A stretch of DNA of 54,087 bases, taken from a virus. Taxonomy: Duplodnaviria; Caudoviricetes. Positions 36,601-45,761 of the stretch are shown here, piece by piece. The stretch covers positions 1 through 54,087 of the IMG/VR virus record IMGVR_UViG_3300046777_000758. One strand, given 5' to 3'. The first letter of the stretch is position 1; each line of letters starts with the position of its first letter. Made by a program: the position numbers and the translations under genes. Below the pieces are notes generated by a model. That model saw only the letters and a program-made list of their open reading frames with translations. It was not told the origin of the DNA and searched no databases.

Positions 36601-39600
36601 AAAATCAGCCAGAGAGTAAAGACCACCAATCTGAAGATTCCTTCCACCACCAGTGCCAGCATTTGAAACAGAAAAGTTAAATGAAGCACTTGGGAATAGA
36701 GCATTTTCTGGTATAAAATCCATTTCAGGTAAGCCTAAATATTTAGCATCTGATTGTTTAGTTGCTCTCCTCATAATAGTTATCAAATAGTTGCCAATAC
36801 CATCAGCTGGATTAAGACCATAGGGTGTAAAATCAACACCTATAGCCATATTTTCTGAAAAAGTTTTTTGTAATTTTTCTAAATTTCCTTGCTTTAACAA
36901 TTCCATAAGTTGTTGTCTAACATTCAAAGGGAAGTTGTCATATTCAGATGAAAGATTTGACATCTTAAATCCGCTATAATAACCAGATTTTGATTTTTCA
37001 ATTCTATCTTTTATACTTGCTATTCTTGAATCTCTAATATATTTTATTCTTTGTTGTTCATTTACCTCATTTAATATAGCAAGATTTTCTGGTGTCAAAT
37101 TTGCAACTCTATTCCCTGTGCCAAAAGAACGTCTTATATTTCTCTTAAAAGGAATCAGGCTTGAAGCTAAATCGAATGTTTTTTCTCTTATTGAAATGCC
37201 AAGTTCGCTATAAACATCTTTTAATGCTGGGAAAACACCGCCAAACATGTTGTTAATATCGCCAAGCACACTCTTATCTCTTAAAATTTCTGGCTTTCCA
37301 AATCTTTCTCCAAAATATTCAGCAGTCTTTGAAGTATATTTTGTGCCAAAAGGGCCTTGATCTGCATAAGTATAGAATTTCTTAGGTGCTAACTTAGGAT
37401 TCTTAATTAATTTTTTAATATCAGTTATTTCATTACCAATTTTGACAGATATTGGATATTTTTCATTAATTTTATTGCTCAACTTATAATATGGATTCAA
37501 CATTGTCTTATATATTGAACGAGGAAGTGAGAATTTTTGCCTAGTTTCAAAGTCCAAACCTGATTCATACGCATTGCCAAAAAATTTTCTTACTTTTTTA
37601 CCACCATATACATCAGGCCAAGGCGGTAGAGGTTCGCCTCTAGTAATAAACTCATTTTGGATTCTCATAGCACGTTGAAATGCCATTTCTTTTTGATGAT
37701 AAAAATATTCAGGATAACTCATATCTTCAAGAAGACCACGTGAAGATGGGCGCATACCCCTTGTCTTTCTCATTAAAATGACATTCTTTAAATCTTGTAA
37801 TTCTTTATATTGTTTATATAGTTTTGGATTCTTATTAAAGAAGTTAGATTTCTTAGCCCAGTATGCATCGGCTAGTGTTTCACGACCTGCTTTAGTAAAT
37901 AATTGAGAAGTTGTTTTAAATCCAGATTGAGTCCCTGTTTTAAATTTACTAAGTCCAGATTTAATTCCAGATATTCCAACAGCAGGATCAAGACCAAGTA
38001 GAGCCAACATATCTCCACCCATATTGGTTGCCATGTATGCACCAGAACCCTCTTTTGCAATTCCAGTCTTATCAAGACCATAATAAGCCAACAAACCGCC
38101 TGGGCTTAAAATAGTTCCTTTACCAAGAATTGACCTATTCTGAGAAGCCTCTTTCATAGCTCTTTCTGAAGCAGACACTGGTATGAAGCCAGCAAGACCA
38201 AATGGCCCTCTATCTAGCCCCATTAATTCTCTATAGTCTTTTCCTGTTGTAACCATCTCCTTGGCAGCTTTTAATGTCTGACCCAAGGATGTTTGCATGA
38301 AAGGACTTGCAATCAGTTGGTTAAATAGACTTCCTTTAGCCTGTGACTCTCCAAGCCCGGCTTTACCAAGAAGGGTTGAGCCTAAAGCAACTGCAAACTC
38401 TGGAGTAAATGAAACGCCAGCAAGGAATGATGAAACACCAAGTTTTGCTGTATTTGCAACGCCAGTGGCAACTTTTCCTAATGTCTTATCCCAAAGAGAA
38501 ACTTTTGCATTTTCCGGCTTATAAGCCAAATCACTAAATGGATTTAATACCTTTCTTTGATTAGCAACATTGTATCCACTTTCTTTCATCGCCTTTATTC
38601 TGGCTGATGTTTGATCCATCATTGCTTGATAGTTATATTTGTAAACTCCTTCTTGATCAAATTTTCTAAAGTCTGCGACTGAGGATAGTTTCTTTTTACC
38701 CTTTACAAGACCACCAATTGCCAAAGATTGAAAATCTTCAAATTCCGACATGTCCTTGTATTTTTTAACAGGTTTACCATCTTTAATCCAAATAGGCTTT
38801 GAGAATGGCATAGTAATTTTATCAAAATCTTTAGATTTTTTAGTAAAATATTTAGTGTATGCCTTCTTTGCCTCTCTAGTGTTAAAACCACCACCTATTG
38901 CTCCAAAATTATAAAAAGGATTATATCCAAGCTGTGCTTCATAGGAGATATTAGGATTAAAATTTTCAGGTAAAGGTATTTCTTTTGTTTTAGATCTGTA
39001 ATTTTCAATTATCTTATTATTTTTATCATAAAGATTCTTTCTATCAAAACCATGACTTCCTGTTCCTAATGGCTTGTTATACCTAATAGTGCCAGCAGGA
39101 AAATCTGAGCCTGGTGCAATTTTTCTAATCCAACCGAATACAGCAATTCTATTTTTAACAACCATTTGCTGGAGTTTTGTTGCTTGATCCGCAGTCTCTG
39201 CAAATTGCTTTCCGCCATAATCAATCCATGTATCGTCATTTGTTCTAAGACCACCTCCCATCCAGCCATGAGTTGTGTGAACTCTGCCTTTCCAATCAGC
39301 TAGCGTACCCCAAGTTTTTCCTCTACTTGATTCTGCTAGTGCGATAGCAGTCAAATATTCTTTTGTTAGTCCTCCGTTATCTTGTTGCCATTTCCATTCT
39401 TGATATGCAGGGTCTGAACGATCCAGATTGTGTGGAATTACATAATTTCTACTAGCCTTGCCTTTAACCAAACCACCAATAGCGTAAGGCTTTGGCTTAT
39501 ATGTTCCTTGGTTAATTTGTTGCATCATTCCCCAACCATATTTCTTAACGGCTGAGTTTCTTACAACATATTCACCACCATGAAGAATTGCTGGAATGCC

Positions 39601-42600
39601 TTGTTGAATTGGGCCCTTTGTTGGACCACCCATTGCATATGGCATACCACCCTTAAAGAAACCACTTCTTCCGCTCTCATCAGTTCTTGCTTGTGCACCT
39701 GCACCCTTTGTAAATAATCTTCTGTTATTTACAATGTATGCATATACAAGTTCTGAGTTTGTTGTAATTTGATCTTTGTATCTGTTTGCAGCAACAACAG
39801 GGAAGAAGTCCTTCATACCCTCATCGTGACCACCAAGAAGAACTGCTGAGGATGCAATTGAGCTAACAATACTCTTAATTGAGGTTACAAGCTTCTTACC
39901 TTCTGCTGTGCCTCCATACTTGTCGCTAAGGTATTTATCAGAATATTGCTTAATTTTTCCAAGATCAGCATTAGCAGTTGCAATTGAAACTTTATTTCCA
40001 TCCTTAACGCCATCATTGTTATACCCCGGCTTTGTAGTACTACCTCCACCTGTTCCTGGTGTTGTATTGTTAGAACCTGCTCCAGTTGTACCTACAAGGT
40101 TCTGGTACTTATTATAAATGTCGTAAAGTTTTTGGAAAGCTGCTGATTTTGTATCAATAATAGTTGTAAGAGTATTTGTTAAACCTTGATACTTTCTTGT
40201 CAAAGCATTAATGCTTTCATCAATAGTTTTATTCCATACACCTGTTGGACCAAATGGGTTATTATCTGCCAATGTCTTTGAAATTGCAGCCAGTGATGAA
40301 GTTAACGGTCCAGTTGCATTAACTCCAAGAGATGATAGTGCACCTCTAAATGAGTCACTAAATGTTTGCCCCATGCTATTTGCAATTGCTTTTGCACCAA
40401 TAAAACCATTTCCACCCTCAATTAAATTATTCAACATAGTGTTGAATTCTTCAGCAGTCGTTGGAGGGAATTCAGTAATCTTCTTTGCAGCGTCTGTAAA
40501 CAGAGTAATCATTGAATCAAAATACTTAGATGATGTATCTTTAGCATCTTTAATTGACTGAATTAATTCATTTCTATTTTCTTCCGCAACTTCTCTAATT
40601 CTATCTTGATTAATTTGATTAATGTTTTCATTATCTTGAACTTCTTGTCTGGCAGCAGCATCAGCAATATTTCTTGCTTCATCAATCTGACCAGCGTAGA
40701 TGGCCATCGCATAACTTCTTCTGCTGTTTGTTCTATTAATAGACCTTTCAAGTTCTGCTTCTCTTAACTTGTTTTGATATTCCTGTTCTCTTGTTAGTTT
40801 TTGCTCAGCTTTTCCGACAGCCTCAATGCTCTTAATTTGATTATCATAAACAGTAAGAGCATCTTCTTTTTGCTTCTTTAATGTTTCTTGTAATATATCA
40901 ACAACATTTTTCATCGTATCTTTGATACGGTCTGCTATTTCTTGCTGTAATTCTTTTTTAATTTCTTTTATTCTGGATACTAATTTTTCAGCACCTTCTT
41001 GAGCGCCTTCATCAAAACCACTTCCTACAGAACTTGTAATTGCCTCTTGTGCATCATCAGTATCAACTTCAACACTATTTTCATCTTTACCGCCAAAAAG
41101 ATCAAGTTTACCTTTGCTCTTCTTAACTCCAATTTTTGATATCTTATCAACCGCGCCTTTTGCTTTATCAGCAACGCTATCGATACCTCTTTTAATTACA
41201 TCACCACCAGCATTAACTGCATTTGCAACAGTTCTAACTGTGCTTAAGTATGTGTCTCTTGCTGACTTTAATCCACCAAGAGCAGCATCACCTACGCCTC
41301 CCAAGAATCTTCCTAGCACCGGTATTCTTTTAACTTGTCCTAATACCCATTCAACAAAACCAAAGAACAAATCTGTTGCCTTTTCAATACCCCAAGCCCA
41401 AGCTTTCATAAAGGCTGACGGAAGTTCAAATAGAATATTAATGATTTGCTTTATTAAGAATGCGATAACTTCTATTCCAAGTTTTGCAATTCCACCAAAT
41501 ACATTGGCAAAAGCGCCAGCAAGAGCCTTTAGCGCATCACTCCATTTACCTTGGAATATGTTAACAACAAATTTAACTAGATTAACAACACCGTAAAGGT
41601 ATGGCTGAATGATATTTTCAACCAACCATTTGAACATATTTGCAACAAATTCTAATACCTTTGTAAGACCATTAAATGCATTACCTAGACCTTGCACAGC
41701 ACCTTCAGAATCCTTTGCACCATTACCAAAAGAACTAAACAAATCAATGAAAGGTCTTGCAAGAGATTCAATTGTTTGCTTTAATGTTCCAAAAATCTTC
41801 TTAAGCGTTCCAAAACCAGAAGCACCAGCTTGCTTGAACTTGTCCATGTTCTTCATTACAAGCATTACAGCAACGCCAATTGAAAGAATAATAACTCCAA
41901 TACCGGAAGCTATGAGAGTAATCTTTGTTAACTTGATTGCATTATTGACAAGACCAAATGATTTTGCAAAGCCCATAACCCCTGCTCTCATCTGTGCAAA
42001 TTTGCTTGGACCAGTTCCTGTGAAAGCAAGAGTTTCAATTGTTAAAGCTTTTTGTGCTGCTTTAGCAGCGCTTAATGCACCAGTGTATGATGTTACAGCC
42101 TTACTTGGAAGCGCTCTGATTGCTCCCATAGCAGCATCAGATTTTGCTCCTGCTGTATCAATTGCTCCTAAGATTCTTCCTCTTATTCCACCTCTAGCAA
42201 TTCCAAGCGCTCTTTCTTCAGAGATTTCACGACCACCTCTTCTAAGAATTCCACCACCCAGCGATGATGATGTTGAGGTTCTTTCAATACCAGCGGCTTC
42301 AAATGCTCTTTGTCTGAGATTAATTGCTGAACCAACATCTTCACCAGAAATTGATCTATAACCCATTGTTCTTCTGAGAATGCCAGCCCTTTGTTGGATG
42401 TTATATCTTGTACCAGAAGCACCACCTCTTCTAAGCCCCATTTGCTCCATTGCAAATTCTTCTTCGGCAAAAGCTTTTCTTGCTGCTCTGCTTACTCTGA
42501 GTGTTGGATCTTCAGCATCAATGATTCCACCTGCTGTTCTTCTTAATCTTCTTGTTGCAGCAGGACCACCTACATATTCAATTGCCTCTGCTCCAGCAAC

Positions 42601-44973
42601 GCCGGGAAGAAGACCTCTTGAAACTTTTTGAGACATTACTTCTCTTGTTAAGCCAATTGGAGCAGTTGTTTGCTTTTGCAAAACACCCGACATTGTTCCA
42701 AGTTTTTCAGCCATTTTTGCAACTGGCCCTTGACCACTTGCAAGCGTTGCAATAAATGTTGCAAACTTACCATTAGTATTTACAACAGTATCTCCAACTG
42801 CTTGCAATGGTTTTGTAAGTCTAAGCATTGCATCTCTACCAGCCAATGCTTCAACTGACATTGTTTTAAGACCTGGTATAAATCCAAATAGGACTTTACC
42901 AACGCTTCCCATTGCAAGTCTAAATTGACCAAATACGAAAATCAATGGACCAATTGCAGCAGTAAGACCTGCTACTACAAGTGCAGTAGTTGAAATTAAT
43001 TTCTTTGTTTGATCATCTAGATTAGACCAAGCATTGTAAAGTTTTGTTGAAATCTCTACAAGTTTTTCTATTGTTGGCTTTATATTAGTTAATAGATCAG
43101 CTGCAAATGTTTTAAAGTTGTTTTTAAGAATTGATAACTGTGTATCAAGAGAGCCAAGAGCTGCTTCTAATTCTCTTTGAGCAATCTGAGAAGCGTTAGC
43201 AGCACCTGCAAGTTCAATAAACATTGCTCTACCAGCCTCTGTTCCAACTTGACCAATTAAGTCTTCTCCACCTTCTCTTTGTGCTTTAAGAATTTCTTTG
43301 CTTAATTCTTTTCTAACTTCTTTTGCAGCTTTAATTTGTTCTGCTGTAACTTTTTCTGCTAAACCTTCAATTTGTTGACCTGCTGTAGCAGTTGCAATTC
43401 TTGCGATAACTCCAATATCTCTAAAGCTATTAACTAAAGGAAGATTTGCTTTACCTGCTTTGTTTGCAGAAGTAACTGCTGTGTTCGCAAAATCTTGTAA
43501 TTTTTTTTCTGCACTTATTGTTGTTGGAATTGTTTTGTCTTTTAATATGGCATCAAAAGCAGCCAACTGTGCGATAGCAACTTCCATTCTTGGACCTTGA
43601 CGAACACCAAAGACCTTTGAAAAGAACTCCATTGCGCCTTCTTGACCAGCAGCACTTTTCTTAATTTCATTAAAACCATCTACAAGTTGCTGAATGGCAT
43701 CTAAGCCAGTTCCTTTAACAAGATTAAAGTTTGTATTATATTCTTTTGATAACTGCTTAAACAATTCTGCGTTCTGTTTAGTTGGTGCAGTTAGTCTCTG
43801 CAATGAAACCTTAATTGAGTTAGCAGAAGCACCAACTTCAAAACCTGCTGCTTTCATTGGTGCAAGCAGTGCGCCTGCTTCAGTCATTGACAAACCAAAA
43901 GATGTAGCAGCAGCAGCAACTTCAGGGAATGCGTCTCCCAAGTCTTTAAGTGTTAAAGCAGTTACGTTTTCAACAGAGTTGAACAAGTTTAATTGAGCAG
44001 TTGCTGCTTTGATAGCAGCAGTTTCTCTTTCACTAAATGAAAGTCTTTTTTGCCCCGGCCCCTTTGACGCTTCCTGTTCTTGAATTGCTCTTTGTGCTTG
44101 GAAGTAAAGGCTCTGTACAAGATCTTTTGCAGCTCCAATATCCATATTGCCAAGTTTTTCAGTCTTGGCAGTAAGCTCTGTAATAAGAGCAATATTGTCC
44201 GTTGTTTGAATACCTAATTCAGCAAAGTCTCCAGCAAGACCGACTGTAAGACTCTTTGCAAGACCAAACTTTGTACTTGTTGTAGATAGTTGCTTATCCA
44301 AAGCTTGATAACTTGCAACCATCTTATCAAGTTGCACATTTTGTTCTCTAGTTGCTGACGCTAAATCAACGCCCATTTTCTTAGCAGCAGCATCAAGGTT
44401 AGGAGCAACGCTTTCAAGAACCTTATTAAGTCTTACGAATTCTCTGTCAATAGCAACAAGAGTTTGTAAGCCAACCCTGCCGAACCCCATGATTGGAGTT
44501 GTAAGACCGATGATGAGGCTTCGACCTACGAACTGTGCATCTTTACCAAGTCTCTTCTGCTCTTGCGATAATGATTTTAAATCTTCAACAAGAGCTCGTA
44601 CTCTAATTCCTTTTAAAGAAGCCTCATACGCCTTTAGGTCGGATACAGCAGCCCTTCTAAACTCTGCTGAGGCACCTGTAGCGAACTTATAAGATGTTCC
44701 AAGACCAGAAATTTCTTTTCTGACTCTGTTCATCTCATTTGTAAGAACTGCATTATTTCTTGCAAGTTCCGAAACAGATTTTGCGTGATTCTTTAATGAT
44801 GAATCTGATGAACCAATTGCAGCAGATAGCGCACGACTTCTTGCATCCAAATTTTTCATTGGATTTGTTGCACCCTGAACAGCCCTGTTCAGTTGCTGCA
44901 TTGCATTACTTAAGTTATATACCTTTTCGACACCCGAAACGGCTATACCTAATACAATATCTACATCACTCAT
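33628..44973 (-). CDS. Tape measure protein with large C-terminal cargo region
   Basis: Follows the tail chaperone; Ala/Gly-rich helical N-terminal half; GG...G.PA.LHGGEYV....AV motif present twice. Confidence 0.93.
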   Translation of the reverse strand: MSDVDIVLGIAVSGVEKVYNLSNAMQQLNRAVQGATNPMKNLDARSRALSAAIGSSDSSLKNHAKSVSELARNNAVLTNEMNRVRKEISGLGTSYKFATGASAEFRRAAVSDLKAYEASLKGIRVRALVEDLKSLSQEQKRLGKDAQFVGRSLIIGLTTPIMGFGRVGLQTLVAIDREFVRLNKVLESVAPNLDAAAKKMGVDLASATREQNVQLDKMVASYQALDKQLSTTSTKFGLAKSLTVGLAGDFAELGIQTTDNIALITELTAKTEKLGNMDIGAAKDLVQSLYFQAQRAIQEQEASKGPGQKRLSFSERETAAIKAATAQLNLFNSVENVTALTLKDLGDAFPEVAAAATSFGLSMTEAGALLAPMKAAGFEVGASANSIKVSLQRLTAPTKQNAELFKQLSKEYNTNFNLVKGTGLDAIQQLVDGFNEIKKSAAGQEGAMEFFSKVFGVRQGPRMEVAIAQLAAFDAILKDKTIPTTISAEKKLQDFANTAVTSANKAGKANLPLVNSFRDIGVIARIATATAGQQIEGLAEKVTAEQIKAAKEVRKELSKEILKAQREGGEDLIGQVGTEAGRAMFIELAGAANASQIAQRELEAALGSLDTQLSILKNNFKTFAADLLTNIKPTIEKLVEISTKLYNAWSNLDDQTKKLISTTALVVAGLTAAIGPLIFVFGQFRLAMGSVGKVLFGFIPGLKTMSVEALAGRDAMLRLTKPLQAVGDTVVNTNGKFATFIATLASGQGPVAKMAEKLGTMSGVLQKQTTAPIGLTREVMSQKVSRGLLPGVAGAEAIEYVGGPAATRRLRRTAGGIIDAEDPTLRVSRAARKAFAEEEFAMEQMGLRRGGASGTRYNIQQRAGILRRTMGYRSISGEDVGSAINLRQRAFEAAGIERTSTSSSLGGGILRRGGREISEERALGIARGGIRGRILGAIDTAGAKSDAAMGAIRALPSKAVTSYTGALSAAKAAQKALTIETLAFTGTGPSKFAQMRAGVMGFAKSFGLVNNAIKLTKITLIASGIGVIILSIGVAVMLVMKNMDKFKQAGASGFGTLKKIFGTLKQTIESLARPFIDLFSSFGNGAKDSEGAVQGLGNAFNGLTKVLEFVANMFKWLVENIIQPYLYGVVNLVKFVVNIFQGKWSDALKALAGAFANVFGGIAKLGIEVIAFLIKQIINILFELPSAFMKAWAWGIEKATDLFFGFVEWVLGQVKRIPVLGRFLGGVGDAALGGLKSARDTYLSTVRTVANAVNAGGDVIKRGIDSVADKAKGAVDKISKIGVKKSKGKLDLFGGKDENSVEVDTDDAQEAITSSVGSGFDEGAQEGAEKLVSRIKEIKKELQQEIADRIKDTMKNVVDILQETLKKQKEDALTVYDNQIKSIEAVGKAEQKLTREQEYQNKLREAELERSINRTNSRRSYAMAIYAGQIDEARNIADAAARQEVQDNENINQINQDRIREVAEENRNELIQSIKDAKDTSSKYFDSMITLFTDAAKKITEFPPTTAEEFNTMLNNLIEGGNGFIGAKAIANSMGQTFSDSFRGALSSLGVNATGPLTSSLAAISKTLADNNPFGPTGVWNKTIDESINALTRKYQGLTNTLTTIIDTKSAAFQKLYDIYNKYQNLVGTTGAGSNNTTPGTGGGSTTKPGYNNDGVKDGNKVSIATANADLGKIKQYSDKYLSDKYGGTAEGKKLVTSIKSIVSSIASSAVLLGGHDEGMKDFFPVVAANRYKDQITTNSELVYAYIVNNRRLFTKGAGAQARTDESGRSGFFKGGMPYAMGGPTKGPIQQGIPAILHGGEYVVRNSAVKKYGWGMMQQINQGTYKPKPYAIGGLVKGKASRNYVIPHNLDRSDPAYQEWKWQQDNGGLTKEYLTAIALAESSRGKTWGTLADWKGRVHTTHGWMGGGLRTNDDTWIDYGGKQFAETADQATKLQQMVVKNRIAVFGWIRKIAPGSDFPAGTIRYNKPLGTGSHGFDRKNLYDKNNKIIENYRSKTKEIPLPENFNPNISYEAQLGYNPFYNFGAIGGGFNTREAKKAYTKYFTKKSKDFDKITMPFSKPIWIKDGKPVKKYKDMSEFEDFQSLAIGGLVKGKKKLSSVADFRKFDQEGVYKYNYQAMMDQTSARIKAMKESGYNVANQRKVLNPFSDLAYKPENAKVSLWDKTLGKVATGVANTAKLGVSSFLAGVSFTPEFAVALGSTLLGKAGLGESQAKGSLFNQLIASPFMQTSLGQTLKAAKEMVTTGKDYRELMGLDRGPFGLAGFIPVSASERAMKEASQNRSILGKGTILSPGGLLAYYGLDKTGIAKEGSGAYMATNMGGDMLALLGLDPAVGISGIKSGLSKFKTGTQSGFKTTSQLFTKAGRETLADAYWAKKSNFFNKNPKLYKQYKELQDLKNVILMRKTRGMRPSSRGLLEDMSYPEYFYHQKEMAFQRAMRIQNEFITRGEPLPPWPDVYGGKKVRKFFGNAYESGLDFETRQKFSLPRSIYKTMLNPYYKLSNKINEKYPISVKIGNEITDIKKLIKNPKLAPKKFYTYADQGPFGTKYTSKTAEYFGERFGKPEILRDKSVLGDINNMFGGVFPALKDVYSELGISIREKTFDLASSLIPFKRNIRRSFGTGNRVANLTPENLAILNEVNEQQRIKYIRDSRIASIKDRIEKSKSGYYSGFKMSNLSSEYDNFPLNVRQQLMELLKQGNLEKLQKTFSENMAIGVDFTPYGLNPADGIGNYLITIMRRATKQSDAKYLGLPEMDFIPENALFPSASFNFSVSNAGTGGGRNLQIGGLYSLADFNQIDVSKLLAFVYMNIIKKHNVTTVTNGSYSKYSYALSDRLSAMMEFLDPSVQVITPPLSNWRPNNIEFPNMLTGGKIFQTELDREIFLNNFNRIKDILAKAKVKAGEKSLLQASKEAKKAGRVPKSADEWQKAYEDYSANARNMRDLQWMAGRAASSTGIDENAFRLLSWPFRRFLETPAGAIFMRTMRTVHNESLSPQSVLPPPPIPSRIIDRIPLDEVFNGGLIRGYETGGLVKGQKNTKTPSAADFRKFESKYSNWDLQSITYIAQQKIKDSKKNIFQKGLSSISGFFKKKGQEALYGSGNGFFAGLKSAQQLDSGQTEFSPRDPLSNPAYRTGFAYSKAASEMLLPYVGGAFAATKAMDKNRSTGDRSLNALFAGLGLIGPTTVFAPNSGYLTMPSKIKTLKNLDKLTDVATLRNVDQFFPGTRIPMPSGLIPTFSQEQGQILNQIGASASLGRTNYLEFGSWGTMDSFLPSSPDFYNERVSRLIRNRMEKGTSLEQFNLALDIVSRLNSNYRRVSNIGAPSIGYRDFQRLFKSFGLPDEVFQRKLMESGLVDFGFFDDIDNLPPRFFSHLDFDKMHQYLLTGLINGKVPKNKMRSTILENIQISQAIRKARLYNPKQGLSQSVIGKIMKDESKLFHRSPSYDSGRNTVEMWRKLGNSGSYGQTVEFMFSIDDLPRWLSQQGYGLKVDMLKKSDNIPGSVDLTNVMAYVYEKVLKPKGITNIFPGSTSPHSFILGHKLNEIFKVLDPNIKVHVPTLEEYLTGGSANVMDFSSVGYHGYLYEALEEDLASIPNFYDDVNLRFEIFKGREKITNALKEARKTMGSQLLDQEGVPIPKQSELRDLVLGLPDSYPIRPPRGNFNGGLIRGFANGGFVSAFASQGVPAMLHGGEYVINSSAVKNLGLSALEALNQMRFNAPKSPSYSGPVQPQSSSTSTVHIYVDNFIGEKAWFESMMKDYNINVAPQNQKAAGLNNTTISTYRGINRGL
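39130..39360 (-). other. Rpf-like (resuscitation-promoting factor/transglycosylase) domain within the TMP
   Basis: AIALAESS (catalytic Glu) ... GGL....TW..YGG..FA..ADQATK.QQ..V. Confidence 0.72.
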
Positions 44974-45024
44974 CTATTAGTACCTATTAAATTATCCCAT
45001 TTCATTAAGCAAAATGCAATAATC

Positions 45025-45662
45025 TTATTGAGAAAATTCAAATCCCAAACCAATTGGAATATCCATAATATTCTCACTTGTGATTGAATTATCCGGTGTT
45101 GGTTCTGGATCATACCAATCATCATCAAAGTCAACTTCACCGCCAAATGCGACAGCAGATGCTTTAATACTTTTTGAATACTCATTACCGCATGCACGAT
45201 AAAGAAGAAAAAGTTCATGAAGGAGCAAAGAATCTTCTAACTCTTCTAGATTTTTCCATGCTCCAACTTGAACAAAAACTTCTGATTCGTATTTCAATAA
45301 GGGAAGATCACCCCATGCGATTGGTTCTCCAGAACCAGAAGACCCTCCCTCTACAGGTTTGGGTCGCCACCCATAGCAACTGCCATGAGTTCTTGGAATG
45401 AACGCAAATCAAGAGCGTCTTCCAATGCTTCTTCATCAGCAGCCAACTCTGGGTCTACTTTCTTAAGCGCAATTTTGGCTGCAGCAACCATCTTGTCAAT
45501 GTCATCATCCGACAATGCACCTTCATCAGTTGCCTTCATTTCGTTTGCAACCTTCATGAATTCTCTTAGTGAACGGATTGTAAGAGGCTTAACTGTTCGT
45601 ACTTTGCCATCAGCAAAGACGATTTCTGTTCCCTTATACATATCCACATTCTTATTAGCCAT
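45025..45662 (-). CDS. Tail assembly chaperone, long frameshifted form (gpGT analogue)
   Basis: The -1 frame after CCCAAAC is open (PVEGGSSGSGEPIAWGDLPLLKYESEVF...) and continues into ORF 45025-45297. Confidence 0.85.
45300..45363 (-). promoter_or_regulatory. Programmed -1 frameshift signal
   Basis: Slippery heptamer C CCA AAC (45357-45363), 6-nt spacer, then stem AGGGAGGGTC/GATCTTCCCT enclosing hairpin TGGTTC-TGGA-GAACCA. Confidence 0.85.
45351..45662 (-). CDS. Tail assembly chaperone, short form (gpG analogue)
   Basis: Between the major tail gene and the TMP; acidic 103-aa protein. Confidence 0.85.
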   Translation of the reverse strand: MANKNVDMYKGTEIVFADGKVRTVKPLTIRSLREFMKVANEMKATDEGALSDDDIDKMVAAAKIALKKVDPELAADEEALEDALDLRSFQELMAVAMGGDPNL

Positions 45663-45697
45663 TTTAAATGAACCTACCTTTATCTATAAATAGGGAA

Positions 45698-45732
45698 AAT
45701 CCCCTGTGCAATATGATACCACACAGAGGATT
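45698..45732 (-). promoter_or_regulatory. Hairpin (probable terminator of the major tail gene) with extended -10 TGgTATCAT in its loop
   Basis: AATCCTCTGTG-tggtatcatattg-CACAGGGGATT followed by TTCCCTATTT. Confidence 0.6.
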
Positions 45733-45761
45733 GCCCAAGTACTAAAGATTACTTTTTTTGA

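Noticed and set aside
41114-42631. Long plus-strand ORFs (41114-41596, 41609-42361, 42380-42631)
   Set aside because: Antisense shadows of the Ala/Gly-rich TMP frame, with no RBS or recognisable motifs.
44970-45218. ORF 44970-45218 as a separate gene or second frameshift product
   Set aside because: Overlaps the chaperone extension in another frame and has an implausible composition; the -1 frame product explains the region.
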